Translations under genes and position numbers: made by a program
In this document: piece after piece, positions 61,401 to 64,000 of the stretch
Layout of the letters: every line of letters begins with the position of its first letter
Position numbering within the stretch: position 1 is the first letter of the stretch
The notes under the pieces: generated by a model
Databases searched by the model: none
Seen by the model: the letters and a program-made list of their open reading frames with translations, nothing else
What the model was told of the DNA's origin: nothing
Assembly: GCA_002269645.1 (NCBI GenBank)
Contig: NIVC01003105.1
Span: 1-64,000 of the forward strand
Direction: 5' to 3'
Length of the DNA: 64,000 bases
Origin: Macrostomum lignano
Taxonomy: Eukaryota

Positions 61401-62434
61401 CCTTCAGTTCCCCCCGATCCTTCAGTTCCTTTCGATCCTTCAGTTCCCCCTGATCCTTCAGTTCCCCCCGATCCTTCAGTTCCCTTCTATCAGTTCCCCC
61501 CGATCCTTCAGTTCCCCTCGATCCTTCAGTTCCCCCCGATCCTTCAGTTCCCTTCTATCAGTTCCCCCCGATCCTTCAGTTCCCTTCTATCAGTTCCCCT
61601 CGATCCTTCAGTTCCCCCCGATCCTTCAGTTCCCTTCTATCAGTTCCCCTCGATCCTTCAGTTCCCCACGATCCTTCAGTTCCCCCCGATCCTTCAGTTC
61701 CCCCCGATCCTTCAGTTCCCCCGATCCTTCAGTTCCCTTCTATCAGTTCCCCCGATCCTTCAGTTCCCCCCGATCCTTCAGTTCTCCCCGATCCTTCAGT
61801 TCCCCCGATCCTTCAGTTCCCCCGATCCTTCAGTTCCCCTCGATCCTTCAGTTCCCCCCGATCCTTCAGTTCCCCCCGATCCTTCAGGTTCCCCCGATCC
61901 TTCAGTTCCCCCGATCCTTCAGTTCCCCCCGATCCTTCAGTTCCCCTCGATCCTTCAGTTCCCCCCAATCCCTAAAATATTTAATTATATGTTATTCCTT
62001 ATTTCTTATTCCATCTTTCAATCTCATAATCCAATTTGTCAGACGCCCGCTTACTCATTACTGATTATAAATGCAACCAATTCATAATTTTCCTCATCAA
62101 CTCGCTTCCAGATTCCGACCCCAAGAAGCCCGATGCAGATTCGACTTCGTCCTCTTCTGAGCAGCAGAAGCCACCCGGCAGTGCTGAGGAGCAAAAGCCG
62201 CAGGACGAAGGCGCCACTCCGCCGCCGACAATTCCGCCGCCGCCGCCACCACCGCCGCAGCAGCAGCCCTCAGCTGATGAGGTGGAGTCTGGCGACATCG
62301 ATTCGAACTCGGGCAGCTCCCGAGACGAGTCGTCGTCTCAAAGTCGGGGTCGTGACGACGAGCGCGACCACCGCGACGACGGCGAGGACCGGCGCTCGTC
62401 CCGCGGCAGCCACGACCCAGACGATGAGCTGTGA
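40483..62434 (+). CDS. HYOU1: Hypoxia up-regulated protein 1 (GRP170/ORP150), ER-luminal Hsp110-type chaperone, ~997 aa, 19 exons
   Basis: Exons 40483-40534, 40622-40683, 40770-40801, 40905-40983, 41073-41224, 41697-41902, 42002-42106, 42265-42524, 42955-43172, 43263-43395, 45188-45354, 45445-45674, 46299-46348, 46436-46546, 46621-46823, 47344-47515, 48009-48266, 49278-49458, 62112-62434. All introns are GT-AG and phase-consistent, summing to 2994 nt. Signal peptide, [58 protein letters not shown] and C-terminal DDEL. Confidence 0.95.
41322..41625. repeat. 45-bp minisatellite in HYOU1 intron 5
   Basis: GTGTACATTGCTCAGTGTACA(T/C)CAGTCTTG(G/A)TCATCTCCCTAATA copies. Confidence 0.9.
42700..42925. 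repeat. ~43-bp repeat in HYOU1 intron 8
   Basis: AATCTTCAATGGGATAATTATCCCTAATCTCTCCCTAATT copies. Confidence 0.85.
43445..45140. repeat. 22-bp minisatellite (CCCTGACACCAATCCAGGCTGT) filling HYOU1 intron 10
   Basis: 1.7-kb array occupying nearly the whole intron. Confidence 0.97.
45790..46160. repeat. 15-bp repeat (CATCCCGGATGACCG) in HYOU1 intron 12
   Basis: Tandem and degenerate copies. Confidence 0.88.
47011..47260 (+). mobile_element. 5'-truncated copy of the CORE-like SINE in HYOU1 intron 15, with 8-bp target-site duplication
   Basis: Closely matches 15205-15465, with a deletion in the core. TTACCTGA occurs at 47003-47010 and 47258-47265; (ATT)n tail. Confidence 0.88.
47640..47985. repeat. 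Degenerate GACCCAGTTTGACCCATTAT repeat in HYOU1 intron 16
   Basis: Recurrent TGACCC-cored units. Confidence 0.8.
48399..49165. repeat. (AGTC)n microsatellite (48399-48708) and (AGTC/AGGC)n (48890-49165) flanking a palindrome
   Basis: Direct reading. Confidence 0.97.
48720..48877. other. Palindromic fold-back element (63/65-bp arms), MITE-like
   Basis: 48720-48782 is the reverse complement of 48813-48877 with 3 mismatches and one 2-nt indel. Central perfect palindrome AGTCACGTGACT at 48791-48802. Confidence 0.9.
49278..49458 (+). CDS. HYOU1: HYOU1 exon 18a (canonical C-terminal helical segment)
   Basis: DWQKARQ...[28 protein letters not shown] aligns with remembered human AWKNAT...KPVLLSKDIEAKMMALDREVQYLLNKAK. 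Phase 0 to phase 1. Confidence 0.9.
49790..50790. repeat. 21-bp minisatellite (GACCCCTATCTGACCTATCAT) between exons 18a and 18b
   Basis: 1-kb homogeneous array. Confidence 0.97.
51076..51523 (+). CDS. HYOU1: HYOU1 candidate alternative exon 18b (diverged duplicate of 18a with Lys/Ala/Arg-rich extension)
   Basis: GC-rich open frame in intron 18 that aligns without gaps to exon 18a. AAAG acceptor in phase 0; weak phase-1 donor G|GTTGCT at 51524. The exact 3' boundary is uncertain. Confidence 0.62.
51720..61970. repeat. 10.2-kb satellite of 16-17-bp units (GATCCTTCAGTTCCCC[C]) with CCCTTCTATCAGTT insertions, in the last HYOU1 intron
   Basis: Continuous array. Diagnostic variants (CAGCTCCC at 56891, 59228, 60636) mark higher-order block copies. 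Confidence 0.99.
62112..62434 (+). CDS. HYOU1: HYOU1 terminal exon, acidic tail ending in ER-retention signal DDEL
   Basis: TTCCAG acceptor 62110-62111, phase 1; ...HDPDDEL-stop. Confidence 0.9.
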
Positions 62435-62706
62435 GCAGGATCACCCTACCTTATTTAGAAGCTGCGAGCGTAAAATGGTACTTGAAAACATGAGTAATAT
62501 TAATTTAAATCGCGTTTCGTTTGTTGCTCCTGTGTAACGCCTGCATTGACTTTTAGCTCTGGTTGTTCCTCTGATCTTAAAATTTTATCTACTATTAAAA
62601 ATACGACTAAAAAATGTCTGTCTGTATTATCCAGTTACTCCAGAATTTCAACTGAAGCCTACTATGAGTAGTAAGCTGCAGTTCAGTTCCGATCTTTCAA
62701 TTAGAA

Positions 62707-62717
62707 AATAAAATAAA
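62707..62717 (+). terminator. Candidate polyadenylation signals of HYOU1 (tandem AATAAA)
   Basis: AATAAAATAAA about 270 nt after the stop; an ATTAAA also occurs at 62594. Confidence 0.5.
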
Positions 62718-63169
62718 ATTCGGTTGCACTACTGCCAGTAGACAGGTCAGTGCCAAGTCCGTACTACTATAATTAATGTATAATGCAGTGTCGCTCCGAT
62801 AATTTCGGTTCTCATTCCGAATTTTACACCTGCCGCTGTGTGTTTGTGATTTTCTGGTTAAAAAAATCAAACAAAATAAGCTGTTGCTACTACTAGCAGC
62901 AGTAGCAACAATGTTTTTTCTCAGTGGTTTTTTCCCGATTCGACTTGTCAAAAAAACTTGTTAATTGTGTTTAATCTTGTTTTGCCTGCTAGTTGAATAT
63001 CCTGCGCACCCTATGAAATTCCTCCGTCTGTCTGATCTGCCTGTCTTTTTCTGGATTTTTGCCTGCATTTTGCTATTGCGCCCATCTTCTATGCTTTGAT
63101 TGGCCCAGCTGCTCTCTTTGAGCTCCTTCATCTTGCTTTGTCCTGGTCCTGTCTTGATCCCACTTTCCC

Positions 63170-64000
63170 CATATCCAGTTTGATCCCATTCTCCCCAATA
63201 TCCAGTCCGATCCCATTCTTCCCAATATCCAGTCCGATCCCATTCTCCCCAATATCCAGTCTGATCCCATTCTTCCCAATATCCAGTCCGATCCCATTCT
63301 CCCCAATATCCAGTCTGATCCCATTCTTCCCAATATCCAGTCTGATCCCATTCTCCCCAATATCCAGTCTGATCCCATTCTCCCCAATATCCAGTCTGAT
63401 CCCATTCTCCCCAATATCCAGTCCGATCCCATTTTCCCCAATATCCAGTCTGATCCCATTTTCCCCAATATCCAGTCCGATCCCATTCTCCCCAATATCC
63501 AGTCCGATCCCATTCTCCCCAATATCCAGTCCGATCCCATTTTCCCCAATATCCAGTCCGATCCCATTCTCCCCAATATCCAGTTTGATCACATTTTCCC
63601 CAATATCCAGTCCGATCCCATTTTCCCCAATATCCAGTCCGATCCCATTCTCCCCAATATCCAGTTTGATCACATTTTCCCCAATATCCAGTCCGATCCC
63701 ATTCTCCCCAATATCCAGTTTGATCACATTTTCCCCAATATCCAGTCCGATCCCATTTTCCCCAATATCCAGTCCGATCCCATTCTCCCCAATATCCAGT
63801 CCATTCTCCCCAATATCCAGTCCATTCTCCCCAATATCCAGTCCATTCTCCCCAATATCCAGTCCATTCTCCCCAATATCCAGTCTGATCCCATTCTCCC
63901 CAATATCCAGTCTGATCCCATTCTCCCCAATATCCAGTCCGATCCCATTCTCCCCAATATCCAGTCTGATCCCATTCTCCCCAATATCCAGTCTGATCCC
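63170..64000. repeat. 27-bp minisatellite (GATCCCATTCTCCCCAATATCCAGTCC) with 21-bp variants, running off the window
   Basis: Tandem copies. Confidence 0.96.

Noticed and set aside
51691-62064. 3457-aa and 1129-aa ORFs
   Set aside because: They lie wholly in the 16-17-bp satellite, whose + strand has almost no stop codons. There is no domain, and the region is inside a well-supported HYOU1 intron.
63013-63099. 28-codon ORF resembling a signal peptide (MKFLRLSDLPVFFWIFACILLLRPSSML)
   Set aside because: Too short, stops without a usable donor, and its hydrophobicity is explained by T-rich composition. A minus-strand terminal exon here is equally unsupported.

Overview
Eukaryotic (animal) genomic DNA with GT-AG introns. 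The GC-rich exons and introns packed with minisatellites resemble the free-living flatworm Macrostomum; this is an inference, and no database was searched. Content in order: the last two exons of an acyl-CoA oxidase (+); TCEANC2 (+); UTP25/DIEXF (3 exons, +); a tRNA-derived CORE-type SINE; a 4-exon uncharacterised single-transmembrane protein gene (-); a 1.88-kb solo-LTR-like element with inverted termini inserted into a 12-bp minisatellite; two tandem paralogous low-complexity genes (+); an internally deleted Gypsy (Mag-like) LTR element (-); and a complete 19-exon HYOU1/GRP170 gene (+, about 997 aa, ending DDEL). About half the window is tandem repeat, and nearly all long ORFs in the track, including the 3457-aa one, are repeat artefacts. 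Most interesting observations: (1) HYOU1 carries a diverged duplicate of exon 18 that looks like a mutually exclusive exon with a long Lys/Ala/Arg-rich extension; (2) a ~158-bp near-perfect palindrome lies just upstream of that exon pair; (3) the LTR-like element has promoter motifs and a splice donor positioned to supply a first exon to the neighbouring gene; (4) two unpaired splice acceptors suggest operon-like, trans-spliced gene pairs.
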